A DNA stretch of 64,000 nt from an uncultured Nitrososphaerales archaeon (lineage in GTDB: Archaea > Thermoproteota > Nitrososphaeria > Nitrososphaerales > Nitrososphaeraceae). The DNA lies in assembly GCA_963713605.1 (NCBI GenBank), contig CAVQMO010000001.1:896001-960000 (forward strand). The letters run 5' to 3'. A program made the position numbers and the translations under genes. This document shows positions 45,026 to 55,892 of this stretch, one piece after another (positions within the stretch are counted from its first letter, which is position 1; each line of letters starts with the position of its first letter). Below the pieces are notes generated by a model. The model was not told the origin of the DNA, did not search any database, and saw only the letters and a program-made list of their open reading frames with translations.

Positions 45026-46303
45026 CTACGTCCCCTGATCAAAGCCCTTCAAGTATTTCTGTTGATCTTGAGTGAGCTGGTCTATATATACTCCCATGGA
45101 ATGGAGCTTCGCCTCGGCTATGACCATATCCTGTTCTCGTTCAATTTCATAGACTCTGGGTTCAAGGGATCCGTGAGTCTGTGCAATCCGGATAACCGAA
45201 AGAAGTTGATTTGCAAAGCTCATGTCCATAACCTCAGATGGATGTCCTTCAGCAGCTGCGAGGTTCACCAGCCTGCCGTCTGCTATAAGGTAAACACCTT
45301 TTCCATTTGACAATTGATACTGGTAAACATGATCGTTTATCAAATTTTTCGCAGCGGCATTTTTCTCTAGAGCATAGACTGAGATCTCTACATTAAAGTG
45401 CCCTGCATTGGCCAACAATGCCCCGTTCTTTAACTTCAATATTGTTTCGTAATCAATTACATCTCTACAACCTGTTGTTGTAATAAATAGATCTCCTATA
45501 GGGGCGGCCTCAGAAACTTTTGCAACTGAAAACCCATCTAGCTTTGCTTTCAGAGCCGCAATTGGATCGACTTCAGTAATGGTTACATTTGCGCCCAAGC
45601 CTGCCGCCTTTCGAGCAATCCCTTTGCCTACATGCCCGTATCCACAGATGACGACATTTTTTCCTGAAATCAGGATGTTTGTAGCTCGAATTATTCCATC
45701 CAACGCTGATTGACCAGTTCCATAGAAATTATCGAAGTCATGTTTCGTCTCTGCATCATTTACCGCAATGATGGGGTATTTGAGAATCCCGCCCCTTTCC
45801 ATGGATCTTAGCCTCACAACCCCTGTTGTTGTTTCCTCCGTTCCTCCATACACCGTTTTGAATCGTTGAAAATCTTTGTGCATCTCTAAGGTAAGATCGG
45901 CTCCATCATCGATGGTTATGTTTGGATCGATCTTCATCGCCGAGTGAATGTCGTCGTAATATTGTTGGGTTGATACACCTCTACTGGCATAAATTGCTAT
46001 TTTGTCATCCTCAGCGAGGGATGCAGCAACATCATCCTGGGTACTGAGGGGATTACACCCGCACCAGGAAAGTTGAGCGCCCAAATCCTTCAGAGATTCA
46101 ACCAATACAGCTGTTTCTTTCGTGACATGAAGACAACCAGCAACCCGGACACTTTCTAACGGTTTGCTTTTTTCATATTGCCTGGTCAAAGACTGCAAGA
46201 CAGGCATATGGGACAATGCCCATTGAATTTTTCTCCTTCCTTCTTTTGCTAAGGAGAGATCAAGAACCCGATAACTCATACTGCTTGGCGATACACGGGC
46301 CAT
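45026..46303 (-). CDS. ahcY: Adenosylhomocysteinase
   Basis: GCLHVTKET, CNPLSTQDD, DDGAD, EETTTG and GRLVNLAAAEGHPSEVMDMSF. Confidence 0.97.
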   Translation of the reverse strand: MARVSPSSMSYRVLDLSLAKEGRRKIQWALSHMPVLQSLTRQYEKSKPLESVRVAGCLHVTKETAVLVESLKDLGAQLSWCGCNPLSTQDDVAASLAEDDKIAIYASRGVSTQQYYDDIHSAMKIDPNITIDDGADLTLEMHKDFQRFKTVYGGTEETTTGVVRLRSMERGGILKYPIIAVNDAETKHDFDNFYGTGQSALDGIIRATNILISGKNVVICGYGHVGKGIARKAAGLGANVTITEVDPIAALKAKLDGFSVAKVSEAAPIGDLFITTTGCRDVIDYETILKLKNGALLANAGHFNVEISVYALEKNAAAKNLINDHVYQYQLSNGKGVYLIADGRLVNLAAAEGHPSEVMDMSFANQLLSVIRIAQTHGSLEPRVYEIEREQDMVIAEAKLHSMGVYIDQLTQDQQKYLKGFDQGT

Positions 46304-46513
46304 ATATTATTTTAACTTCAATAGTCATACGAGGGCTTTTCCTTGTTAACCTGTCATAATATTGAGAACTGGATCTATTCATCGTCGGATATCCATGCGT
46401 GCACAGAACATGAAAATTCGCAAATAGAAATGGTTCGACCAACCTAAGCTAGATTACCATGCTCGAGATAGAAGCGCAAGGTATATGATGATCGGATCGA
46501 TTCTACGTAAAGT

Positions 46514-47023
46514 GTGCGGAAGTTTCAGATAGGAGTGATCGGCTACAACGATGATCGTTGCTCTGAGGTCGCCAAAAGAATAGCATATGAAGTTGGTAAA
46601 GAAATTGCACTCTCCGGCTCAGTGCTAGTCTGTGGGGGTCTTGGAGGCGTAATGGAAGCCGCATGTAGAGGTGCAAAGGAAGTGAACGGCGATACGGTTG
46701 GCATTATTCCGCAAGATAACTTTAGTTTTGCGAACCAATTTTGTGATGTTGTGATTTGTAGCGGTATTGGATTTGCTCGAGATTTCATAGTCGCTACATC
46801 CTCCGACGGAATAATTGCCGTAGGTGGAGGGATTGGAACCCTTATCGAAATGTCTGTGGGTTACATGATCAAAAAGAAAATAGTTGCGATCTCGTCCAGT
46901 GGGGGAGTCTCTGATGTTTACGCAGGCAAGTATCTGGATGAAAGAAAAAGAGTGCTAATTGAGTCGGCGCCAGATGCTAAAACTGCAGTACAATCTATTC
47001 TAAATTATAGGGAAATTACGTAG
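46514..47023 (+). CDS. TIGR00725 / LOG-family protein
   Basis: CGGLGGVMEAACRGA and GGGIGTLIE. Confidence 0.9.
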   Translation: MRKFQIGVIGYNDDRCSEVAKRIAYEVGKEIALSGSVLVCGGLGGVMEAACRGAKEVNGDTVGIIPQDNFSFANQFCDVVICSGIGFARDFIVATSSDGIIAVGGGIGTLIEMSVGYMIKKKIVAISSSGGVSDVYAGKYLDERKRVLIESAPDAKTAVQSILNYREIT

Positions 47024-47179
47024 GTTGAAATCTGTGCACCCTCTGTCGGTGGTCTGGCGTAGCAGCAGTAGGCCCTGAGCGTTGTTACAGGTACAGATGT
47101 TGAAGTTGTTGTAACTTTGTTGTAACTTGCTGTTGTTGCTGTAGCCGTTCATGTTGCTGTTGCCACTTCCACATATGCG

Positions 47180-48325
47180 TTACTCTACAAGTTCGAGGAG
47201 ATATGGGTCAGGAGCATAAAACTTGCCATACTTCTCGGACATCTCATTTAATTTGTCGACAACTCTCTTTATCCCAAATTCTTGTGCAGTCTTCAGCAGT
47301 TCCCTTTTAAGCCCCAGCCCAAGACGAAGTGCCTTTTCTAAATCTGATTGTGAACAGACGCCATTGGAGAGGAGCCAACCTGCGTTGTTTAAAGCGACCG
47401 CCAGCATCACAATAGGATCAAAAGCTGTGGCATCAGCTTGAACAAGGTCTTTTCGCTCATATTTGTCGGATGAATAGGAATAGAAGCCTTCCCCAGTTTT
47501 TTGTCCAAGTTTTTTCTGTTCGAACAATTTTTCGATTAACGGATGCGGGTTGATGACCTTTTCATCTCTTTGATACATTTCGTGGCTTGCCTTGTTGACA
47601 ACATCTAATCCAGTATAATCGGCTAGTTCAAAAATACCCATTGGAAATCCTAATTTGAATTTCATTGCCGCATCTATTTCCTCATAGGTGACTCCATTTC
47701 TTTCCTTACAGAAGACGGCTTCATGAACTAGTGGTATGAAAATCCTATTTACAATGAACCCAGGTACATCCTTCTGTACGAGCACTGGAGCCTTTCCCAA
47801 ATTTTCCACAAAGGCCATTAACCTTTCGACCGTGCTTTGATCAGTCTTGTGACCTCTAATCACTTCAACCAGTTTCATCAGCTGAGGAGGATTGAAGAAA
47901 TGTACCCCTATAAATGACCCAGGACGATCGGTGAGCTCGGCCATCTCACTTATTGGTAGTGTGCTCGTGTTCGATGCAAATAGAGTCTTAGGATCGGCGT
48001 AGGAGCTTACTTCTTTGTAGACTATTTTTTTTAACGAAAGGTCTTCAGGTACTGCTTCAATAACAAGATCTGCATCTTTCAAGCCTTCCTTCAGGTCAAT
48101 CACCGGCACCAATCTGGAAAGGGTCTGCTCAAAAGATTCTTTGGTCATCTTATTCTTTTCAACCAATTTATTTAGTGACCATCTGATCTTATCCATGGCA
48201 TTATCTAGGAATCTCTGCTCGACATCTCTCAGGAGAACCTTGAATCCCGCCATTGCGGCAATTTGTGCTATTCCGTGTCCCATAGTCCCAGACCCTAGCA
48301 CTGTGATATTTGCGATCTTGTCCAT
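47180..48325 (-). CDS. 3-hydroxyacyl-CoA (3-hydroxybutyryl-CoA) dehydrogenase
   Basis: GSGTMGHG, IEAVPE, ASNTS, GVHFFNP and PGFIVNR; plausible 3HP/4HB-cycle enzyme in AOA. Confidence 0.93.
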   Translation of the reverse strand: MDKIANITVLGSGTMGHGIAQIAAMAGFKVLLRDVEQRFLDNAMDKIRWSLNKLVEKNKMTKESFEQTLSRLVPVIDLKEGLKDADLVIEAVPEDLSLKKIVYKEVSSYADPKTLFASNTSTLPISEMAELTDRPGSFIGVHFFNPPQLMKLVEVIRGHKTDQSTVERLMAFVENLGKAPVLVQKDVPGFIVNRIFIPLVHEAVFCKERNGVTYEEIDAAMKFKLGFPMGIFELADYTGLDVVNKASHEMYQRDEKVINPHPLIEKLFEQKKLGQKTGEGFYSYSSDKYERKDLVQADATAFDPIVMLAVALNNAGWLLSNGVCSQSDLEKALRLGLGLKRELLKTAQEFGIKRVVDKLNEMSEKYGKFYAPDPYLLELVE

Positions 48326-48422
48326 TTTATCATCATTCTATCCTTGGAAGGGGGCTTTTAGTTTTGCCTTGAATTGAAAGCAATTTAAGAGAATGATTCT
48401 TTAAAGCCACCTGTATCAGTGA

Positions 48423-49091
48423 TTGGATTTATTTAGATTTACTGCTGACGTGTCCTCTCTTTCAGACCGTATGACAAAGAATTCATCGGCAGAGGTAATT
48501 GATAGACTTGATTTTGTCAGAAATCGCTTGGTCGATCTCTACAAGCGTAATTTAGTAAAAATAAATCACTCTGTCATGGAGTCTGTTTGTTCGAAACACC
48601 TGATAGAATTTGGGTACTGTGTTGATGTTGAGAGAAGGTTAACCGATATTCTGGTCTGTGACGTCTTCGCGAGCAAAGGTGACGGAGAAGCAATAGTTGA
48701 GATTGAAACCGGCTTCATTCCTCCCGAGCATGCTTTGGATCCCACGGCGTACTATGTTGCAAGAATTGCCAGCAAAATCTCTCGATATAGCAAGCATGCC
48801 AACAAATTTGTTCTCGCCACAACTCCTGTTAGCATTTTGCCGATCCCAAATCTATTTAGATTTCCGGTGCGAGCACGGAGAGCCGACGAGATCCAAAAAT
48901 TAAAGCATGTATGTGACAACTATTACAAGGATCCTCCTATAGAAGTCGATGACATTCTCAATGGCAGGCTACATATGATCTATATCATAGACATAGATGA
49001 GGGGAAAATCCAAGAAATGGATGTGGAGACTTATTTCGATCAACTGCAGATCGCTTTTGATCTTTCGACTAGAATAATGGAAAAATTTTAA
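48423..49091 (+). CDS. Hypothetical protein with a PD-(D/E)xK-like pattern
   Basis: VCDVFA...IVEIETG; 222-aa ORF. Confidence 0.65.
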   Translation: MDLFRFTADVSSLSDRMTKNSSAEVIDRLDFVRNRLVDLYKRNLVKINHSVMESVCSKHLIEFGYCVDVERRLTDILVCDVFASKGDGEAIVEIETGFIPPEHALDPTAYYVARIASKISRYSKHANKFVLATTPVSILPIPNLFRFPVRARRADEIQKLKHVCDNYYKDPPIEVDDILNGRLHMIYIIDIDEGKIQEMDVETYFDQLQIAFDLSTRIMEKF

Positions 49092-49299
49092 GTTATGATA
49101 GTTTCTCTAGTATGAGGCTAATAGTCGTCGTTGTCGAAGTACATCAAATTAAACAACAACAACATCATTGTTTCAAATCAACACACCTAAATTCTTCCTT
49201 ATGTTAAAGTAATAAGATTCTGAACAAGCAATTTGTGAATGCATAGTTATACTAATCTTCGTCCTACCGCTTAATAGATATGTAAAAGGAAGTCTTGCG

Positions 49300-50153
49300 A
49301 TGTCTGACAACAAAGAATTGCTAACGATAGCAGTCATAGCTGGCAGCATTGATGATGGTGTTAGGTACTTCGATACCATCAAGCGTATTGGCAAGCACTA
49401 GTATTGAAGCCGCACAACCAAGTGACGATAGTGGAAACGATGACACTAGTAATAGTGGCGGTGGTGATGGCGGTACTGACAACAGCAATGATGATAGGCA
49501 GCAGCAATGACAGCGGTGATAGCGGTAGTGAAGATAACAGTGGAAATGATGAAGATAGTGGTAATGATGATAGTTCCGACTCAAGCAACAACGGCGGCGT
49601 CCCTGAAGAGTATCTGGGAGAATATTCTACATGCGTTACAGATCTTTCCTCAGATGACAGCATTTTGAGCCAAGATGATGTAGTTGATTGTTATGGCCAA
49701 GTTTTTGGTCCTAATCCGACTCATGAGCTAGGCCCATTGATGCAGAATGCTCCAACGTCGCCTGCTACAAATATGCCAGGATTTGAAAACATGCCATCCG
49801 CACTGCAACAGCCCGGAGATCAACAACAGATGCAGCCATTAGGTCAAACTCAACCACAGGACGGACAACAACAAGTACAGCCGTTAGGTCAAACTCAACC
49901 ACAGGACGGACAACAACTACCAATTCAACAACAACAATCATATCCTGCAGGAGGAGATCAACAACAAGTACAGCCTCTAGGTCAAACCCAACCACACGAC
50001 GGACAGCAACTACCAATTCAAAAACAACAGCAACAACCACAAACTGGCCTAGGAGACCAGCAACAAATGTCGCCAACACAGCTTCCAATTGACGCGGGAA
50101 TCTTGGATGTAGATACGATCAAGGAGATAGTTAAGAACAGATTGGCGCATTAG
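49300..50153 (+). CDS. Secreted low-complexity protein (D/S/G/N tract plus Q/P repeats); frameshifted N-terminus
   Basis: Signal-like MSDNKELLTIAVIA.../LMMVLGTSIPSSVLAS, then SDDSGNDD..., a Cys pair and Q-rich repeats. Confidence 0.7.
49821..50070 (+). repeat. Intragenic 45-nt repeat (QQQ[MV]QPLGQTQP[QH]DG x3) with QQLPIQ spacers
   Basis: TAGGTCAAAC(T/C)CAACCACA(G/C)GACGGACA occurs three times. Confidence 0.9.
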
Positions 50154-50277
50154 AGACCAGCTGTCTGTGAACTCAAAAAGATCTAGCAGTCAGCTAATTC
50201 TTCCCTCTTTTTTGGACTCTGAAATATTCGCAAGGATTAAAGAACTAAACTCTTCAGTTAATTGCGAAAATTGCCTC

Positions 50278-50785
50278 ATGAATCTATTTGCCATACTTTT
50301 GAAGCAAGATGACCCATCAAAATGTACCGCTACGAAACTTGCAAGATTTCATCTATTGAAAACGATCGTCCGGCCTAGGCATGATACTCTGATCTTGAAC
50401 CCATATTCTAAAGTTTGTTTGACACGAAACGATCGAGGCCTCTCATCAGCCCTATGCGTAATTGATTGCTCGTGGGAACGATCTGATACGATTCTTCAGA
50501 ATCAAAAATGGCGATCTTATCCTCTATTGCGCCGACTCCCTGCATTATTGGCCGGAAATCCAATCAATTATGCCAAATTGGGGAAACTTTCAAGCGTTGA
50601 GGCACTTTCAGGGGCACTTTTGATACTGGGATATAATTCAGAAGCATTTGCTATCCTTGACAAATTCAAATGGGGACACACCTTCTACGAGCTTAAATTT
50701 GCATGTTTTAAAAGACTATTCTAAAGCTGAGAATGAAGGTGAAGTGTATGATATCCAGCGTCAGTATTTTGAACAAGGAACTTAA
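50278..50785 (+). CDS. tsr3: 16S rRNA aminocarboxypropyltransferase Tsr3; frameshift near the C-terminus
   Basis: QDDPSKCTATKL, IDCSW, RRLPALLAGNPINYAK, LSSVEAL and FKWGHTF. Confidence 0.92.
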
Positions 50786-50811
50786 ATTATGGTTAAGAGC
50801 AATGATGAGCT

Positions 50812-51115
50812 GAGAGGTGGTGAGGTGGTGTGTGGGTTACTCGAAAGAGAGGAAACTCCTCCCTCTATGCAGGCACTCGGATCAGAGATGATCGAATCGG
50901 AGACGGTCGGCTCCGGAACAGAAAAGACATCCAGCCTGGACGAATAATCAAGCTGTGATGGTGAATAGCCTGAGTGTCCTTAACTGGAATGAAACTGCCG
51001 TCCCGAGTGGAGCAAGGCCAAACTGAGCAAAGACCCTGCAAGCAGCTAAGGTCAGGCCGCTAAGCGGAATCCCACTTAAAACAGAAGGAGGGTTATTGCC
51101 AGGACACCATTTCTC
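50812..51115 (+). ncRNA. rnpB: RNase P RNA
   Basis: CR-I GAGGAAACTCC, CR-V AAAACAGAAGGAGGGTTA, ACAGAAA, GAAAC and GGAGCAAG; terminal helix GAGAGGTGGTG pairs with CACCATTTCTC. Confidence 0.92.
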
Positions 51116-51204
51116 GGTTTGTTTTAGCACATTGCTTTTATTTTGAATGGGGTTAGGTACTAATTAATACAGGATAATCCACAAATATTTGATAATCTGG
51201 TTAG

Positions 51205-52167
51205 TTGAGAACTGCAATTTTTCCTCCTACAAACGCCTCGCGAGAACTGGCAGACACCTATGGCTACCACGAATGGATAATTAGCCGCTTCCTTGAATAC
51301 ATGCCGGATGTGGAGAGATGCTTGGCCTTGATGGAATCATCTTCAAGCACATACATCCGAACGAACACCCTAAAGATTGACCCAAAGTCTCTCCTGAACT
51401 TGCTTGAAGCTAGGAATATTGAGACAGCATCTACAGAGTTACCTGAAGTTTATAGAGTAGTTAATACTTCCTTACCAATTGGAGTGACTCCCGAATACCT
51501 AGCGGGATTATATTTCATTCAAGATCTCAACTCTTGTATCTCAGTTGAGGAACTGGATGTTTTATCCAATCAACAAAACATGGACATGGCTTGCGCCCCC
51601 GGGGGCAAAACAACTTTCATGGCGCAGAAAATGTGCAACTCAGGGGCGATATGCGCTATTGAGTATAACCGAAGACGGATCCCATCAGTGATTTTCAATT
51701 TGGCAAGATGTGGAGTTCTTAACAGTTCAGTATACAATATCGATGCTCGGTCTGCTGGCAGCTTGAAGATGAGATTCGATCGGGTGCTACTTGATGCCCC
51801 ATGCACATGTGAAGGTATTATTTCCAAAGACAAGACAAGAAAAACTAGCCACGAACCGTCTGATATTGAAGTGTCGAGCCGACGACAGCGGGAGATGCTT
51901 TTAGAGGCAACCAAGGTTGTTAAGCCAGGAGGCCTCATAATTTACTCTACATGCTCCTTTGCACCGGAGGAGAATGAAGTAGTGATAGATGATTTGCTGG
52001 AGGTCTTAGGTAATTCGATCGTCATCGAACCCGTTCAACATGGTGTGCCAGGCTTGACGCACTTCGGCGATCGAAAATTTCATTCAAACCTCACTCGTAC
52101 AGGCAGGCTATATCCACATTTGCATAATACAGTTGGTTTTTTCATTGCAAAGCTAAGGGTGTGCTGA
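51205..52167 (+). CDS. NOL1/NOP2/Sun-family RNA m5C methyltransferase
   Basis: IRTNTLK, DMACAPGGKT, LLDAPCT and YSTCSFAPEENE. Confidence 0.94.
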   Translation: MRTAIFPPTNASRELADTYGYHEWIISRFLEYMPDVERCLALMESSSSTYIRTNTLKIDPKSLLNLLEARNIETASTELPEVYRVVNTSLPIGVTPEYLAGLYFIQDLNSCISVEELDVLSNQQNMDMACAPGGKTTFMAQKMCNSGAICAIEYNRRRIPSVIFNLARCGVLNSSVYNIDARSAGSLKMRFDRVLLDAPCTCEGIISKDKTRKTSHEPSDIEVSSRRQREMLLEATKVVKPGGLIIYSTCSFAPEENEVVIDDLLEVLGNSIVIEPVQHGVPGLTHFGDRKFHSNLTRTGRLYPHLHNTVGFFIAKLRVC

Positions 52168-52200
52168 TTATCTTTTGCTATAGTTATTTAGTGAGCAGAC

Positions 52201-52743
52201 TTGATACCATATAGAGAACCAACACATCAGGAACTTACTGTGTTGCGCAGAAGCTTCGACCATTGGGGAATATTTGATTACGTTCTCGACAAAGCGATAC
52301 TTGTTAGTGAAAAAAAATTGAATGACTCAAAAATTAAGGAAGTGTGTTTAACCACAAAAGATAACTTTAATTTGATATCCTCGAACGTATCGTTGTCCCA
52401 TACTGGGATGTTAATTGGACACCTGAAGAGAAGGAGTTTTGTCCCATCTATGGCGGGAGCAGACTTGATTGCTAGAGTAGGCTCTAACTTTCCATTTGTT
52501 ACAGTGAACCAAGCTGCTGAGGCATTGGTATTGTATGGCCGAGATATAATGTACGGTTCTATTGTGAACTTTGGAAATCTGAGTAGAAATAATACTATTC
52601 TAATAATTCTTGATGAAAATCGAGTCGCTATTGGCCTAGGAGTAAATACTGTGCCTATTGGGAAAAATATCCAGATATTGGATAAGAGAATCGTCATAAA
52701 GACGATAGTGGACGCTGGACACTACCTAAGGGATGAGCGATAG
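52201..52743 (+). CDS. NIP7-like PUA-domain ribosome biogenesis protein
   Basis: AEALVLYGRDI, AIGLG and DAGHYLR; lies downstream of the Nop2 homologue. Confidence 0.75.
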   Translation: MIPYREPTHQELTVLRRSFDHWGIFDYVLDKAILVSEKKLNDSKIKEVCLTTKDNFNLISSNVSLSHTGMLIGHLKRRSFVPSMAGADLIARVGSNFPFVTVNQAAEALVLYGRDIMYGSIVNFGNLSRNNTILIILDENRVAIGLGVNTVPIGKNIQILDKRIVIKTIVDAGHYLRDER

Positions 52744-52949
52744 GTGGATGCGTGGGAGAAACATGAACAAAGGGTAATAGGCCAGTAAGATCTACCTCCC
52801 GCGTTTCTAGTGAGCGCAGTAGGAATCGATATTACGACTGTTACTAACACCACTCATATAATTGGAATAAGCCTTCACATTTGCAAGATATTGATTCAAT
52901 TGTACTACTATAAAAAAGCGAGATAGTACGATTCTCTGTTCAGGTACCT

Positions 52950-54113
52950 CTATTTTCTCGTCTTTATTAGAACGAAAACAGCAACTGCACCCATCATGCC
53001 TCCGAGAACCAAAAGGACTTGTATCGGAAATCCTCCAGTTGCAGTAGCAGTTCCGGCCGGGGGCTCTTGAGTTACGACAGCAAACTCTGAATCGCCGCTC
53101 TTTTGTATCTTCGAGAAACCGGCTATGGTCATTTGTGCTGACACTGGAGGTGTAGTAGAGTCAACTGTAATCGGTGTGCCATCCATGGTAGCACTAGCTT
53201 GCTTCTCTGTTTCTTGGAACGTCCCTTCTCTAAAGCTCGCTTTCCCCCAGAGAATATATCGATACTACTCTTGCACCCCCTATCTCCTCAAATCCAGAGC
53301 CTGCAGCGCCAGTCTTGGCTACCAGTCGGATCAAAGAGAAAGTGCCATGTATCCATCGGTCGTCCTACATCCTGAAAATTAAACAACGGATCTCCCATAA
53401 TTGCCTGCTGCTTCAGTGTTCATTAATTGATTTGCTACACTTGAATGATTAGCTTGCAGAAGGCCAATAGGGTGGTTGACGTCAATGTCTCCATACGGGG
53501 AAGAAAGGGTTATGGGATCTGCTATGTTGATGGACCTCCAATCCAAGTCAACTACATCCGCAGTACGATTCTCGCTAGATAACGTAATTCCAGAAATAAA
53601 CGAAGGCTTCAACTGTACATTGTATGAAAGTGATAACTCATCTTCAGTTCCTCTCAGCTGGCCAGTGTAGGTCAGACTGGCATTTGTGATTCTCACAGCA
53701 CTGTTCTTTTGCGATGCCATCGCATCGTTGAACGCCTGTATAAGCTGTGGCATGCCATCCTCGTCAGCTTTCATAGTGAATCTCACGGTTTCGGATTTGC
53801 CATTAAACTCCTGGGCTAAAGGGCTATTCGGAGGATACTTGATCGTCAAAAATCTAATAGCGCTCCAATCGACTTCGCCATGGCCTGTAGTAGGCACCAA
53901 CGATGCAGTCATCTGAACTGCTTGAACATTCGAAATCTGACTAAAGAGCAGGATGGAAAACAAACCAAAGGAAAGAATGAGAATCAAAACCTGCACATCA
54001 GAAATCATCGTTTTCTTGCTTATATTCTTTTTTGAAACTAAGTATTGGAAAATGAGGGCAAACTGAAAAGGCGACTTGATCAGGCATAAACTATTGTAAT
54101 AATCACAACACAA
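52950..54113 (-). CDS. Exported protein with C-terminal membrane anchor, frameshifted
   Basis: Signal peptide (LILILSFGLFSILLF...VQA) and C-terminal TM FPIQVLLVLGGMMGAVAVFVLIKTRK. The real start is probably the internal MISD. Confidence 0.7.
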
Positions 54114-54197
54114 CTATGCATGAGACGAAAGCAGCAGCCAAAACTACATCTATAACGAAAATTTTACATTCCCAAATATTCTTTTAAAACCCATCCT

Positions 54198-55122
54198 TTG
54201 ATTACTATTCTTTCCGGTGGCACAGGTTCCATGAAACTAGTACCGAGGGCTTAGTAAGATTGACAACTCAATCGCAGTTATCTTGAACGTGGGCGACAAT
54301 GTATGGAAATATGGATTGTACATTTGTCCTGACATTGACACCATATTCTACGGTTTGTCAGGTCTGCTTGATGTCGCACGGGGATGGGGCATAAAGGGTG
54401 ACACATTCAACTTCATGGACCAGATTGGTGGACTAGGGCTAGAAAATTGGTTTCGAATAGGTGACCGTGACTTGGCAATCCATGTACTCAGAACAGAGCT
54501 GATTGGAAAGGGTATGACACTGACTCAGGTAACTGAATATTTTCGATCTGCATACAAGCTAAGGGCTGAGCTACTTCCAATATCTGATGATTATATCGAA
54601 ACTCGCATTGTCACGAGCCGTGGTGAAATGAATATACAGGAATTCTGGGTTAAGAATAAAGCTGTCCCCAAGGTAATCGGAGTAGCATATAAGGGAGCAA
54701 ATAATTCACGGATGACGGCCAGAGTCCTGAGACTTATACGTAGCTCAGAACGAATCATTATTGCGCCCGCCAACCCCATAAGCAGTATAGGGCCATTGCT
54801 TGCAGTCCCTGGGGTTAAGGATGAATTGGTCAAAGTCAAGACGAAGGTGATCGCAATTTCTCCCATAGAAGGCAAACAAGCATTCAGCGGACCAGCCACC
54901 AAGTATATGAAGGCCCTAAAACTGGATATATCTCCAATGGGAATAGCCAAGTATTACTCCGATATTATAGGTTCGTTTGTTATTTCGAAAGGGGACCGGG
55001 TGTATGAACGCGCGCTCAAGAGGTTGGGTTTGAATGTTTATTTTACCAATATTGCAATGAACTCATTACTTGAAGAACGCAGGCTAGCTTCGTTTGTCAC
55101 GGGCATTACTAGGGAACCATAG
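54198..55122 (+). CDS. cofD: 2-phospho-L-lactate transferase; frameshift near 54243
   Basis: ITILSGGTGSMKL upstream, NVGDN, ICPDIDT, IGDRDLA and ANPISSIGP. Confidence 0.94.
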
Positions 55123-55130
55123 ATAGTAGC

Positions 55131-55892
55131 ATGGACACATGTGCAATTGTTCCGGTAAAGAGATTTGATCAAGCCAAATCCAGGCTTTCGGTTCTCTTGG
55201 ACAAAGAGCAACGCATCGAATTATCTGGTCTTTTATTGCAAGACACGCTGAACACCCTTTTACTCTGCCATGAATTGGCGAAAATTATTGTAGTGTCAAG
55301 CGATCCCTTGGTGAAGGAGATAACCCAGAATCTAGGATTGGAATGCTTGATTCAATCTGAAGACAAGGGCGTCAACAGTGCAGTTATGTACGCAGACAAA
55401 TTTCTGAGCGGCAGTGGGAAATGGATAAGCGTTACAATACCATGTGATTTACCACTTCTCCTTCCAAAGGATATAGACGGCGTGTGTCAGTTAATCCCTA
55501 AGAAAGGAGCTTGTGTCATTATATGCCCTTCATATAAATTCGATGGAACTAACTTGCTTGCACGGAACCCATTTAACATTATCAGCGATACTAGATATGA
55601 TAATGACAGCTTTCAGGGTCATCTTGAGTCTTCGATAAAAGCGGGGGCAAATACAAAGGTATTGCTATCCACCCGGTTAATGGTTGATCTCGATACACCT
55701 GAGGATCTGCGGCTTGTCTTGAGCAAAGATGCATCAGCAAAGAAGTCGATCTCCTACCTCTGGAAGATCAAGAAAGATCATTTTGGCGCATCTTCCGCAT
55801 CCGCCACAGTAAAAACAGGGACAAACACAAGAAAGAACCCAGACTCATCTGATCTCCCCTCGACATCAGCCAGAGACCTCCAGTGTCAGTGA
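55131..55892 (+). CDS. cofC: 2-phospho-L-lactate guanylyltransferase
   Basis: AIVPVK...AKSRLS, PCDLPL, DGTN and DLDTPEDL. Confidence 0.93.
   Translation: MDTCAIVPVKRFDQAKSRLSVLLDKEQRIELSGLLLQDTLNTLLLCHELAKIIVVSSDPLVKEITQNLGLECLIQSEDKGVNSAVMYADKFLSGSGKWISVTIPCDLPLLLPKDIDGVCQLIPKKGACVIICPSYKFDGTNLLARNPFNIISDTRYDNDSFQGHLESSIKAGANTKVLLSTRLMVDLDTPEDLRLVLSKDASAKKSISYLWKIKKDHFGASSASATVKTGTNTRKNPDSSDLPSTSARDLQCQ

Noticed and set aside
49404..49500. Hydrophobic N-terminus of track ORF 49404..50153 as a TM helix
   Set aside because: It is the off-frame reading of a D/S/G/N tract; the likely true start is at 49300.
49821..50070. CRISPR array
   Set aside because: The repeats are in-frame coding units without unique spacers, and no cas genes are present.
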